Origin: a virus
Virus record (IMG/VR): IMGVR_UViG_3300046808_001035
Strand: one strand, 5' to 3'
Length of the DNA: 64,000 nucleotides
How positions within the stretch are numbered: position 1 is the first letter of the stretch; each line of letters opens with the position of its first letter. The notes beneath the pieces were generated by a model. That model was not told where the DNA came from and ran no database searches. It saw nothing but the letters and a program-made list of their open reading frames with translations. The position numbers were made by a program, and so were the translations under genes. Shown one piece after another: positions 47,122 to 57,461 of the stretch.

Positions 47122-50100
47122 TAAATGGGAATGGTTAGAGAAGTTACAGGGAAAGCTGCGACGTTGAATGGGATGTACACTCCTGTGTCTGTGTTAGTAT
47201 ACACATTGTATTTGTAATCTACAATAGGTTGTACGTGATTACCTGGAGGAAGTATATTTAATGTTAATGTGCTGTCTTCTGGTACAACTCTAGTTATTTC
47301 AGGAATGCTGCCTAGTCCTCTTCCCACCCCTGCAGGCGAGGATGGTGTACCTGCACCCACAGCGTTCACTGCCCGAATGCGTATAGAATGCCTTGTATTC
47401 GCTCTCAGCGCTGTAGTTAAAATTAAAGGACTCTGCGTACTAGGAGGATTGAGAGGTGCCCATGTGTTAGCTCCGTCGAGTGAATACTCATGGTTCAGTA
47501 ATGGCGAACCTCCGTCCTCAGGAAGAGTGAAGCTTATTTGCACGGAGCTTGATGTTGCACTAATAAAGTCAATTACTGGAGCTGCTGGTGCGCCTGCAAT
47601 TATAGTGAAAGTAGCTGACGCAGGGCTGTCGCCGTTAGCGTTGGTAGCCTTCAGGGACACGCCGTATGTTTTACCTATTTCAAGCCCCGGCAGATCAAAT
47701 GGATTGTCTACACTATTCGTGGCTGTAAAGGTAACGCCATCTAAAGAATATTTGTAACCGATGATAGCAGAACCTCCGTCGTTACTTGGAACTGTGAAAT
47801 GTACCGAGGGTACGTTATTCACAGTCACAATCTTATTAATTGTTGGCGCTGACGGTAGATTCGTCGGGGTGCCTGTTACAGAATTCGATGCTGCACTATT
47901 ACCTGCCGAGCTAATTGCGCGCATCTGTACACTATAACTCGTATAATTCGTTAATCCTGTAATTTCAAAAGGAGATACTAGACTGTTTACAGGTATGTAT
48001 GAAACGCCAGAATCGATCGAGTACTCGTAGTTTGTTATAGCTGCGCCGCCTGAGCTGCTTGGTTGCGTAAAATTAACTGTGAGTTTACGGTCACCGCTTA
48101 CTAGACTGGTGATTGTAGGTGATAATGGTGCTCCTGGAGTAACAGATACCTCTTGTGAAAAGTCACCAGCACCATAAGAGTTAATTGCACAAATTTTGAC
48201 CGAGGTGACTTGTCCTGCGACCAGTCCTGTAATATCCATGATTATAGCTGTGCTGGCTGGAGATAGTGTTGTAAATTTAGCTACACCTCCTGCGGGTGTG
48301 GTTAGGTGGCCGTAATTGGTTATGGCTGCTCCTCCGTTTGAACTTGGTGGTGCAAAGCGTACTCGAGCTCCTGTAGGGGTACTACCTATCGAAAGAATGG
48401 TTGGTGCTGGAGGTGGACCAACCGGGACAGCTTGTACTGTGTTTGATGCTGGGCCTGTACCAGCATAATTTAGCGCCCTCAAGGACACAAAATAAGTAGT
48501 ACCATTAACAAGACCGTCAATTATAAGATATGGGGCCTCTGTCGAGTCGTCGGGAAGAGCTCCAACATTAGGTTCGCCTGCAGGCTGGTATGTTTGTCCT
48601 CCATTTAAAGAATATTCATAACCTGTAATAATGCTTCCGCCATTGTCTACAGGCGCAACAAAAATAAGCTGTAGCTTGTTTCGTTTGCTGTACACCTTAG
48701 CTATTTTTGGCGCGGTTGGAGGTGCGGCAGGAACAAAAGAAACGCTGGCAGACTCGCTACCTGCACCTGCGATGTTTACAGCTCGCAGCTTTAAATAGTA
48801 AAACTTACCGTTAGTTAGGCTAGGTATGTTAAACGATGTGCTATTGCTTGCAGGGTTTCTAGATACCCAGGCATCTGAATTGAGTTGATACTGATAGTTT
48901 GTTATAGCTGCCCCTCCTGAGCTTAGCGGAGCAGTGAATTGTACAGCCGCAGATTTGTTTCCTGCGGTAGCGATCAGGTCTATAGGCGCGGTGGGAACCG
49001 TTCTGGGTGTGCCTGATAGACTATTACTAGGCTTACCTAGGCCTACAGCAGTCCTAGCTTTAAGCAGGACGCTGTAGGCTGTACCATTAGTCAATCCTGT
49101 AATATCAAAGCTACCTGTAGTAGGTGATAGATCTGTGACTGTAGCAACAGCGTAAGTTCTGCCTGAGTCTATAGAGTAGCTGTAGTTTTGTAGCGGTAGT
49201 CCTCCGAGAAAAGGAGATTTTGTAAACAGTACCGAAAGCTGGGCATTACCTGGAGTAACTGAGGTTATCGTTGGGGCTGCTGCTAGAGCGGCAGGTGTGC
49301 CTAGCGCAGCCAATGAGGCTTCACCGTCTCCAGCTGCACTTACTGCCTTGAGTTTTACTGAATACTCCGTACCGTTAGTTAGTCCTGTAATCACTACAGG
49401 AGAGCCTGTCTTGGTTGGCGTTATAGGTAGCCATGCGCCATCATCTAACTGGTATTTGTAATTGGTTACTAGCAAGACTCCATTTATAGGTTGAGTAAAA
49501 TAGGCTGTTAATTGTGTGTCACCAGAAGTGAGTTCTAGTCCTGTAGGCGCTAAAGGTAAACCCATCGGGGTGCCTATAAGAACATTTGAGCCTACACTAA
49601 ACTTGCCTGCAACATTTACAACCTGAAGAGCTACGTAATAAGAAGTACCATTAGTTAATCCTGTAATCTCTAAAGGACTGGTTAAAGATGGAGTTGCGTT
49701 ATAGTTATAGGTAGCTCCTCCGTTTATTGAATAGCCTACGTTATACAGGTCAGCGCTACCTGTGTCTGTGGGTAATGTAAAGGCAACAGTTAGTTTGCTG
49801 TCTCCTGCGGTGATGTCTGAGATCGTGGGCGGATCAGGGCTTACAGCCAAAACTACAGTGTAAACTGCAGAAGCTGCGCTTTCACCGAAAATGTTGACTG
49901 CTTTTAAGGCTACTGAGTAGCTTTGTTCTAAAACCAGAGAAGGGATGAGTATGGGGCTTGAAGCATAGTCGGTAGCTATAAATGTTGTGCCTCCGTCTAT
50001 TGAGTATTTGTAGCTTGTGATGTCTACTCCACCTGTTTCTACTGGAGCTGAGAAAAATATGGTCGCTGAAGTGCCTACGGTGGCGTACGAGGTGATTGTT

Positions 50101-53100
50101 GGAGATCCTGGAACTGTGCCGGGTATAGCTTTTACAATCAAAGACTCTGACCCTCCTCCTGAAGGGTTCACAGCTCTGATGGTTATATTATAGGTGGTGC
50201 CGTTCACTAGATCAAAAATTCCATCAGCTGTAACATGCTTCGTAATCTCTAGTGGGCTGGTTGTCTGTTCAGGTACAAAAGCTGTCCAGTGCTCGCCTAA
50301 GTCTGTCGAGTACTCGTAATTGGTTATAGCTCTACCTCCGTCGTCGCTCGGAGGAGAGAAAAGCACAATTAACTTTTTATCCTCTGAAGTTACGCTGTTT
50401 ATTGTAGGCTTTGAGGCTTTTCGTGAAGGCACAGCCAGAAGAGTGGAGTTGACAACATCCACGGTGCCTGCAGGGACAACTATTTGCGGTGGGGCGAAAG
50501 AGAAGAACTCTGAAGAAGGGCTGATTGTTTTGGCTCCGCTTCCATAAACATACAGCTCGTAAAATCCGTAAGAATCGGTTGTAGTTATCTCCTCACCATC
50601 AGTTATAGTCACTCCTTGCACACCTTCTTCTGAAGGAGCTAAAACATAACCGCTAATCAGCCTTGTATCCAGGCGTACAGCAAAGTTAATACCTACTTGA
50701 TTAGAGCTAACAATTTGTACTTTTTGGAAAGTTGGAATGACTGAGTATATATTATTTGACGCTACGATGTTATAACCTCCTGACGAAAGTCCTGTTAACG
50801 TGTACTCGCCAGCAGCGTTTGTGACTGCCTGCTTGTCTCTGCCGTCAGTTATCACTATATCTGCTACAGGGTCTAAAGAGGCATCTAGTACTGTACCTGA
50901 CACTGAGTAGGAGACGGGTAAGACTTCTACACGTATAACTATACTAGCAGAACCACTGTTTGCTGAAGTTGCGTTGATAGTGACACTGTATTTACCTATT
51001 GATGTGGGGGAGCCAGCAAGTGCTCCGTTCGAATATACTATTCCTGGAGGTAAATTTGTAACAGATAAACTTACCGCATCTCCGGCCAGTGTAGGTGAGG
51101 CTACTACTTGAGCTAAAGTTGATGTAGGTGCATCAACCTGTAGTGCAAACCTTGAGTTAGGTGCGGGGGTTATTAAACTTAAAGGTACACTCAGATTGAG
51201 TGTCTCGACTACAGATGTGCCTAAGTTATTTGAAGCTGTTATTGATACGATATAAGTTCCTGCAGCCACATCCAAACCTACACTACCAGTAATATACCCA
51301 GAAGAAGAGCACACCAATCCTGTAGGTAGTCCTACGGCGATAAAGTTTGTTGGAGAATTAAGCGCAGTTACTTTGAATAAAGGGGTTTTCTCTGTGTATG
51401 CGTAGCCTCTGGTAACGTTGAGGGTTGTGTTAGGTAAAATGTTATTTATTACAGGAACACCTTCACTGTAAAATACCAGAGTTATAGAGCGAGTGTCGTT
51501 ACCTACAGGGTTGTAGACACCTAGACGAATAGGATAAGTTAGCGTAAACGATGACCCTAGTGAATTTGTTGGTAGTGCGCTGTCGGCTAGCTTTCCGTAA
51601 ATTTTACCTGTATATCGCTCTAGCTGAAGCCCTGCAGGGAGACCTGCAGCCATATAATAATTACGAGTAGCATCTGTTAGCCCTGGAGCAAAATTGTCTG
51701 TCCCACCATAAGCCTGAAGTGACGCGGCTGTAATTAGTGGAGCTGCGCTAGTTGTGGTGTTGTCTACTTCTAGCTCTAAAACCAGCCCCTCTACAGGTGC
51801 AGTGAACTGAGGTTTTGCATGTACCTGATAAGATATAGTGAAACTTACAGTATTAGAAGTGCCATAGACGTTATCAGCCGTCACAAACAGTTGAGTCGAC
51901 CCTGGTGTTGAGGCTGTCACTCTACCTGTAACTTTACCTGTGCTGCGATCAAAAGAAAGTCCTGGAGGTAGTGTGCCTTGAAGGTCGTAGCCGAATATAG
52001 GGAGATTGATGGCTGTAAAAGCTACGAGCGGCGTGGCTAGCGTATGAAGATCTAGGTTGTTCGTTAAATATATCTCATTCGCAGGCGGAGAAACTAGAGA
52101 TATTATAGGCTCAGCCTCTACAGCTACAGCAAAAGTAACTGTCTGCGGATTTGAGGCACTACCTGACGGATTTATTGCGTTGAATGTGAGTTCAAATACG
52201 GAGCCTGGAAGTATACTTGAAGGTAACTGACCTGTTAAATTGCCTGTAGTTTCAGAAAAAGAGAGCCCGTCAGGCAGTATTGATGGGGATACTGTGTACT
52301 TGAAAGAAGCTGCATTAAAATCAGGAGACTCTGTAAACAGAGTCATATTAGTTGCTGAAACCTGGATTATAGGATTCTCTGCGGTATAAACAGAACTTTT
52401 ACTTAAAATTAAAGGGTTAACTGGAGAAAATCTTCCGCTTTGGGGTACAAGAATTTCTGGAGCTGCGATATAGTCTATCAAAAGCTGCCATATAGCTGTA
52501 CCTGCTGCGGAAGTTTTGAAGTATGCATTATACCTTTGGCTTGTGGCTTCTGACGCTGTTGCTGACGCGGATAGTGTCAGTATATTAGAGGGTTGATCGA
52601 AATTAGCAAGCAGCCATGCAGGCGTATTTCCGTAAAAGTCGGATATGCTTGCGACAGGGTCAGGGAACGCAATCTGCTCGTGGAAGAGTGAGCTATTTTG
52701 TTGCGTTACTACATATCTCTCAATTCCTCCTGTAGCTGTACCTGGACACGCACCTCCGACTATCTCAGGAAGTGAGAATATCTCGCCAACCATTAACCAA
52801 GCGTCAGAAACCTTCTCAAATACTGAAACATCTAAAAATCCGCCATCTGTTTCGCAGGTAATAGCAAAAACAGTGCTAATAAAGACATACTCTCTGCAGT
52901 TTAATAAAACTTCAGAAGTGCCAGACATGTTGATGCTGTCGGCCTTAGCAATTTTAAACTGACTGATTTGTCTTAGTGCAGGGGATGGATTAAATACCGC
53001 CCGAACAGGGACTACTCTTGCTGAAGGGTTGTATATTGCTACAACAATAGCCAAATTCGTACCATACACACCATCAGGAGTGTATGCCTCGTTGGTCGAG

Positions 53101-54467
53101 TATGATATCTGGTGATATATTTTTAAAAAGTTTTCTGCGTTTTTATTGTAGCTTAGCGTCGCGCAATTCAGGTTAGATATTACTCCATTATCTAAAACTC
53201 TGAAAGATAGTAAGCCGCTAGGATCTGCAGGAGGCGGAGGCGTACTGTCTAACCGTACACGGTAAGAATCTACTACCTCGACAATCTTATAGTTCCTAAC
53301 TGTTATGTTGTCGTAATAAAGCTGTAGCGTACGGCCTTCGTGATAGTTCTTTAAAAAATGCTCACCGCACCCTATATATGTAAGAGGATCTGCAGGATCG
53401 TCGCATCGCGCAAAGACAGCGTCACCAGTAACACAAAAAGCGGCGGCAGTAAACAGCTTTAAAAAGCTAGAGCCTTTTCCTCGAGTTTCGACACTTCTAG
53501 TGATTAGAGTGTCCAGCTCTTTGGCTCCGTCAGCCACTCGGTTAAGATAGTGTGCGTAAGCTCCTAGATTTTCTGGAGGACACTTAGGCTTGCAAAAATT
53601 TTCGAATGTAATAGCGTGACCTACATTTACAGCGTCAAACGTCGATGTTGTTGTGGGACTCGTATATATTTCAAATGTTCTATACTTCGTTAAAAGATCG
53701 CCGTATAAAGTTTCTGCGTTACTGGTTAACACGTTAGCTGTATAGCAGCTGGACGGGTTTAAAAATAAGGCACCTTCTTCATTAGGAGTGACTAGATTTA
53801 AGCTGTACAAGTCTTCAATCTCTCCTGGTTTCGTACAAGGGTCGTACAACCCTGCGCCTGCCCCTCTAGCTACAAGCAAGTCTACGCTATTTTGTCCTAC
53901 TTGCACTGCGTCCGTATTATGGTTTGCTTTTACAGTAGGTACTTCAGGGTAGTTATAAACCATCAGTACTTCTGTAGTGGGACTAGTTGAAACTTTAGGG
54001 TCAAAAGAAATACTTTCAAAAGTTAATGTTTTTAACCTAGGAGAGTTTAGGGTGACGGCAGATGAGGCTAGCGAGGCTTCAGAGGACGTATACACCTGTT
54101 CAAAATCTTGCTTAGCTATCAGGCCTGCTCCTAGTATAATTTTGACGGCGAACAGCTCAAACGCGAGACCTACAAAGCTTTCCCCACTGTTCTTATAGTG
54201 ATTGACTACTTTGTCTGGAGGAATTAGAGCTGTACCTAGAAGTTCTTCGCTTTCTAAATTTGAAAAGGCTATTTCTAGGCCTGCTAATGAAGTCTTTTTT
54301 ATCTTCGAAATATATACACCTCTAATACTGTCATCAAAAGAAGTGAATAGAATATCTAGAAACCAGTTGTCTGCTATAGGATGGTTATTACCATCAGCTA
54401 TAGCTCGGCGAGCTTTAAAAGGGTAAGATATAAGCTCGTTAGATGTAAGATACTCCAGGACTCCCAT
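47121..54467 (-). CDS. Giant virion protein: N-terminal structural domain, Ig-like (He_PIG-type) repeats, FN3 repeats
   Basis: YLTSNELISYPF N-terminus, Cys-rich segment, LPxGL...TG.I.G repeats, then about a dozen FN3 repeats. Confidence 0.85.
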   Translation of the reverse strand: MGVLEYLTSNELISYPFKARRAIADGNNHPIADNWFLDILFTSFDDSIRGVYISKIKKTSLAGLEIAFSNLESEELLGTALIPPDKVVNHYKNSGESFVGLAFELFAVKIILGAGLIAKQDFEQVYTSSEASLASSAVTLNSPRLKTLTFESISFDPKVSTSPTTEVLMVYNYPEVPTVKANHNTDAVQVGQNSVDLLVARGAGAGLYDPCTKPGEIEDLYSLNLVTPNEEGALFLNPSSCYTANVLTSNAETLYGDLLTKYRTFEIYTSPTTTSTFDAVNVGHAITFENFCKPKCPPENLGAYAHYLNRVADGAKELDTLITRSVETRGKGSSFLKLFTAAAFCVTGDAVFARCDDPADPLTYIGCGEHFLKNYHEGRTLQLYYDNITVRNYKIVEVVDSYRVRLDSTPPPPADPSGLLSFRVLDNGVISNLNCATLSYNKNAENFLKIYHQISYSTNEAYTPDGVYGTNLAIVVAIYNPSARVVPVRAVFNPSPALRQISQFKIAKADSINMSGTSEVLLNCREYVFISTVFAITCETDGGFLDVSVFEKVSDAWLMVGEIFSLPEIVGGACPGTATGGIERYVVTQQNSSLFHEQIAFPDPVASISDFYGNTPAWLLANFDQPSNILTLSASATASEATSQRYNAYFKTSAAGTAIWQLLIDYIAAPEILVPQSGRFSPVNPLILSKSSVYTAENPIIQVSATNMTLFTESPDFNAASFKYTVSPSILPDGLSFSETTGNLTGQLPSSILPGSVFELTFNAINPSGSASNPQTVTFAVAVEAEPIISLVSPPANEIYLTNNLDLHTLATPLVAFTAINLPIFGYDLQGTLPPGLSFDRSTGKVTGRVTASTPGSTQLFVTADNVYGTSNTVSFTISYQVHAKPQFTAPVEGLVLELEVDNTTTSAAPLITAASLQAYGGTDNFAPGLTDATRNYYMAAGLPAGLQLERYTGKIYGKLADSALPTNSLGSSFTLTYPIRLGVYNPVGNDTRSITLVFYSEGVPVINNILPNTTLNVTRGYAYTEKTPLFKVTALNSPTNFIAVGLPTGLVCSSSGYITGSVGLDVAAGTYIVSITASNNLGTSVVETLNLSVPLSLITPAPNSRFALQVDAPTSTLAQVVASPTLAGDAVSLSVTNLPPGIVYSNGALAGSPTSIGKYSVTINATSANSGSASIVIRVEVLPVSYSVSGTVLDASLDPVADIVITDGRDKQAVTNAAGEYTLTGLSSGGYNIVASNNIYSVIPTFQKVQIVSSNQVGINFAVRLDTRLISGYVLAPSEEGVQGVTITDGEEITTTDSYGFYELYVYGSGAKTISPSSEFFSFAPPQIVVPAGTVDVVNSTLLAVPSRKASKPTINSVTSEDKKLIVLFSPPSDDGGRAITNYEYSTDLGEHWTAFVPEQTTSPLEITKHVTADGIFDLVNGTTYNITIRAVNPSGGGSESLIVKAIPGTVPGSPTITSYATVGTSATIFFSAPVETGGVDITSYKYSIDGGTTFIATDYASSPILIPSLVLEQSYSVALKAVNIFGESAASAVYTVVLAVSPDPPTISDITAGDSKLTVAFTLPTDTGSADLYNVGYSINGGATYNYNATPSLTSPLEITGLTNGTSYYVALQVVNVAGKFSVGSNVLIGTPMGLPLAPTGLELTSGDTQLTAYFTQPINGVLLVTNYKYQLDDGAWLPITPTKTGSPVVITGLTNGTEYSVKLKAVSAAGDGEASLAALGTPAALAAAPTITSVTPGNAQLSVLFTKSPFLGGLPLQNYSYSIDSGRTYAVATVTDLSPTTGSFDITGLTNGTAYSVLLKARTAVGLGKPSNSLSGTPRTVPTAPIDLIATAGNKSAAVQFTAPLSSGGAAITNYQYQLNSDAWVSRNPASNSTSFNIPSLTNGKFYYLKLRAVNIAGAGSESASVSFVPAAPPTAPKIAKVYSKRNKLQLIFVAPVDNGGSIITGYEYSLNGGQTYQPAGEPNVGALPDDSTEAPYLIIDGLVNGTTYFVSLRALNYAGTGPASNTVQAVPVGPPPAPTILSIGSTPTGARVRFAPPSSNGGAAITNYGHLTTPAGGVAKFTTLSPASTAIIMDITGLVAGQVTSVKICAINSYGAGDFSQEVSVTPGAPLSPTITSLVSGDRKLTVNFTQPSSSGGAAITNYEYSIDSGVSYIPVNSLVSPFEITGLTNYTSYSVQMRAISSAGNSAASNSVTGTPTNLPSAPTINKIVTVNNVPSVHFTVPSNDGGSAIIGYKYSLDGVTFTATNSVDNPFDLPGLEIGKTYGVSLKATNANGDSPASATFTIIAGAPAAPVIDFISATSSSVQISFTLPEDGGSPLLNHEYSLDGANTWAPLNPPSTQSPLILTTALRANTRHSIRIRAVNAVGAGTPSSPAGVGRGLGSIPEITRVVPEDSTLTLNILPPGNHVQPIVDYKYNVYTNTDTGVYIPFNVAAFPVTSLTIPI

Positions 54468-54485
54468 ATTATGCTACAATATATG

Positions 54486-55373
54486 TTAAGTTGGGCAGGC
54501 GCAATTGGAGTTTATCGTCGCGAGGTAATTTGAGAGCTGCGAGTTGACATCGTTGTACGTACCTTTCAACTCAATAAACTTGTTCTCTAACGAAGTTAAG
54601 CGTGTAGTTAAAACCTCTAGGTCGTCGCAGCCAGAACATGGAGTACAACAAGTGTCTTCCATACTTAAAGTGAACTGAGCTTCACTGTATATGTTTAAAC
54701 AGTTAATACCTAGCAAGCTGATATCTCCTGAGGTAGGGTCAGGTACTACACCATTAATACTCTTGACGCAGTTTGTCGTGGCGCAAATCTTGTTAAGTCC
54801 TAGGTTATCGCCAGCATCCATCAAAATCTTCTGCTGCGTGTAAGAAAACCTGAGATTGCTTCGAGAGGCTACAACAGCATCTCCAGATATAGAATACTGC
54901 CCGTTTTGTGCGTCTATAAATGTAATTCTGTCTATACCCTGTATACCAGGTACAACAGTTCTAGGTTCAAACTCAGCAGCAGATCTGTTGAATAGGTGTA
55001 CACCTGCAGGCTGTGTCTGTAAGCCTTCAAATGAACCTATCGTAATCTTACCGTTAGCTCCAACATATTCGTTGGTTGCAGCTAGGTAGTAATCTTTGTC
55101 AGGTGTATGACTGGCCTTATCCGCATAAAAGGTACCGACCAAAATATTATACTCGTCGCTTATTTCAACAACTATAGCGTTAACTTTATTAACTATTTTG
55201 GATATAAAGAACCTGCGGCTTACGTCACTAGTGGCGCATAAAGTGAAATCAACTATCAGAGTATCTGGAATAGAGAACACTTCGTCACGACTCAAGGCGC
55301 TAGATCCTTCGCGTAGAGGGTATCTACGTAAAGAATTCAGGTCTGTCCAATCTAAGCTGTCGATCCAAGGCAT
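54486..55373 (-). CDS. Tail/baseplate-associated protein, same paralog family, Cys-rich with coiled coil
   Basis: WTDLNSLRRYPL, CVKSINGVVPD..GDI, CCTPCSGC then heptad repeat. Confidence 0.65.
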   Translation of the reverse strand: MPWIDSLDWTDLNSLRRYPLREGSSALSRDEVFSIPDTLIVDFTLCATSDVSRRFFISKIVNKVNAIVVEISDEYNILVGTFYADKASHTPDKDYYLAATNEYVGANGKITIGSFEGLQTQPAGVHLFNRSAAEFEPRTVVPGIQGIDRITFIDAQNGQYSISGDAVVASRSNLRFSYTQQKILMDAGDNLGLNKICATTNCVKSINGVVPDPTSGDISLLGINCLNIYSEAQFTLSMEDTCCTPCSGCDDLEVLTTRLTSLENKFIELKGTYNDVNSQLSNYLATINSNCACPT

Positions 55374-55377
55374 AATA

Positions 55378-57459
55378 TTAGGTAGTTAAGATTTCCCAAT
55401 ATACCCCAAGCAAGCCTACATTTGCTCCTCCAGTGACTCCGCCTCCGTAATTGTTTGATGCTAACCCTGTAGAGACTCGAGAGATCTTAAAATTGACGAT
55501 AGAATCTTCTCGAATAAACGCTGCAGGTATTGTGAAGGCGTCACTAGACACTTTGATAGCTGTGAATGCTGTATAACTGCTTGGTGACTGTGTGGAAGCT
55601 ACCAAAGGAAACTCCACAGGATTAACTGCAGGAGCGTACTTGTTGGCGGTAAGCAACGTGTGGTCTGACAAAACAAGATTGTTAGCTGTAGCCACAGCAG
55701 AATACTCGAACTGGAAAGCTATGTTTCTGTAGCTGCTACCACCCACAATATCTTTGTCACCAAAAATATGAAAGTTTAGCTTTAGCGGCAACGAGTTAAC
55801 ATAACCTCTAGGAATGACTATTTTGCCGATCAGCCCGTATGGAGTTGTTGAAGGAGGAGGTAATTTTATGTATGAAGTTAACCCTATAAACTCTAGTCTG
55901 GCATTTATGGGCTCGATAGAGTCTACCTGACCTACAAGTCCTTTAGACGTATAGTCGATGAAGTAGGCTCCTGAGTTTGGGGCTTTTTCTACAATTGTTA
56001 TTCCGTTTCGGCCCTCAATAGAGGCTACTACAGGAGTAACTACAGCTTTAAATTCACCTTCAGGCTTGCTATAAGTAATTGCTGCAATTGCTCTGTTCGC
56101 AGTATACTCAGGAACTCTGGGAGAGCTCGGATAATTGAATTCTTCTGCGTCTGTGGTAGCAGAGCTAGGACGGTAGCCTAACAGCTTAAACTTTGGGTCA
56201 ATATCTACAAGGAGATCTCCAGTTTCTGTTGTTTCAGAAGGAATGTCTTTGCTGTAGAACTTTATGAAATTAGAAGGCCTATTTGTATAATTTCCAGATG
56301 GGTCTACAGCATCAAAAGGAGCAAGCGAGCGCACCAGCTGAGTTCTCAGTGCCGGGTTGAACTTAGAGAAGCTGACAAACATTCGAATACGGTTATTGTC
56401 TGCGTCTAGCTCATCCTTAATATCACTCCAGGTAGCTGTAGGTAAGATATCCGCGTATCCTGAAGACCAAGGCTGTTCTCCGTCGTTATTCTTAAACCAC
56501 CAGATACCGTATTCGTTAACAGAAAATGTGCCGTCTGGGTCGTAGTCGTTGCGATAACGCTCTAAGGTTCCGTTCGTGTACAACTGAATAAAGTTGGCAG
56601 GTACAGGAGGCAAGTCTCTTCTAAGCTCTAGAGCTTCAGCTTTCTCGTAGTCTTCAAGCTCGTCATCAGCGTCTAGTGTGACGGTTAATTGAGGAATGTT
56701 ATAGTAAAATAATGCTCCTGCAGGTACAGGAGTGCCTGAGGAGGCAGCAGCCACCCAACCAAGCTTAGAGGTGTCTGATCCTGTAATTGTCCATGCACCG
56801 CTACTGCTGTCTAACTCGGGTGTTCCGGCCACACGGTCTAGCAAATGGTATCGGTAGTTTATAAAAAACTGAGAAAATTCATCTACATTTGTGTGCAACA
56901 AAAAACTAGTTTTGCTGATCGCGTATCCAACATAGACAGGAATGCCGGAAGGGTCTTTTGTAATCTTACCTAAATTTTTAGCAGATAAAAAATACGGACC
57001 TACAGAAAAAGTTTCACCTGGTTGAAGAATGCCTCTGTCAGGATGGTCTAGGGCTATTGCAAGCTCGCATAAGCCTTCAATATATAAGTCAGCCGTCCGT
57101 GTATTCGGGTAAACCATCTTGGTAATACCGAAAGAGTAGTTTGAGTTTTTGGGAGCGAACAAGGAAGAACTTTGCGCTGAGGTGAACCCTGTTATGCTTC
57201 TGGAAATACCTGCACCTTGAGCATCGCTTCTGAAGTAGACAATATTTAAAGTGTCAGGCTTTATGTGCGGCAGCTCTTCTGGATGTACTGGTTGATTAAA
57301 AGCGAGCAACACAGACTTACCTGCAAGCTCGTTAAATTTCTCATAGAGATGCTGCTCTCTCTGAGTCATCTGATCAATAGGTACGTTAATCGTAGCTTGA
57401 TCTACAGTTTCACCATCTTTAATACGCCTAACTAGAGGCAGCCATGGAGTTAAGCTCAT
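55378..57459 (-). CDS. Putative tail/baseplate structural protein
   Basis: ~693 aa from MSLTPW; I.DGE.V.....N.PI..M..R...L N-terminal pattern common in tail-fibre-associated proteins. Confidence 0.6.
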   Translation of the reverse strand: MSLTPWLPLVRRIKDGETVDQATINVPIDQMTQREQHLYEKFNELAGKSVLLAFNQPVHPEELPHIKPDTLNIVYFRSDAQGAGISRSITGFTSAQSSSLFAPKNSNYSFGITKMVYPNTRTADLYIEGLCELAIALDHPDRGILQPGETFSVGPYFLSAKNLGKITKDPSGIPVYVGYAISKTSFLLHTNVDEFSQFFINYRYHLLDRVAGTPELDSSSGAWTITGSDTSKLGWVAAASSGTPVPAGALFYYNIPQLTVTLDADDELEDYEKAEALELRRDLPPVPANFIQLYTNGTLERYRNDYDPDGTFSVNEYGIWWFKNNDGEQPWSSGYADILPTATWSDIKDELDADNNRIRMFVSFSKFNPALRTQLVRSLAPFDAVDPSGNYTNRPSNFIKFYSKDIPSETTETGDLLVDIDPKFKLLGYRPSSATTDAEEFNYPSSPRVPEYTANRAIAAITYSKPEGEFKAVVTPVVASIEGRNGITIVEKAPNSGAYFIDYTSKGLVGQVDSIEPINARLEFIGLTSYIKLPPPSTTPYGLIGKIVIPRGYVNSLPLKLNFHIFGDKDIVGGSSYRNIAFQFEYSAVATANNLVLSDHTLLTANKYAPAVNPVEFPLVASTQSPSSYTAFTAIKVSSDAFTIPAAFIREDSIVNFKISRVSTGLASNNYGGGVTGGANVGLLGVYWEILTT

Positions 57460-57461
57460 AA

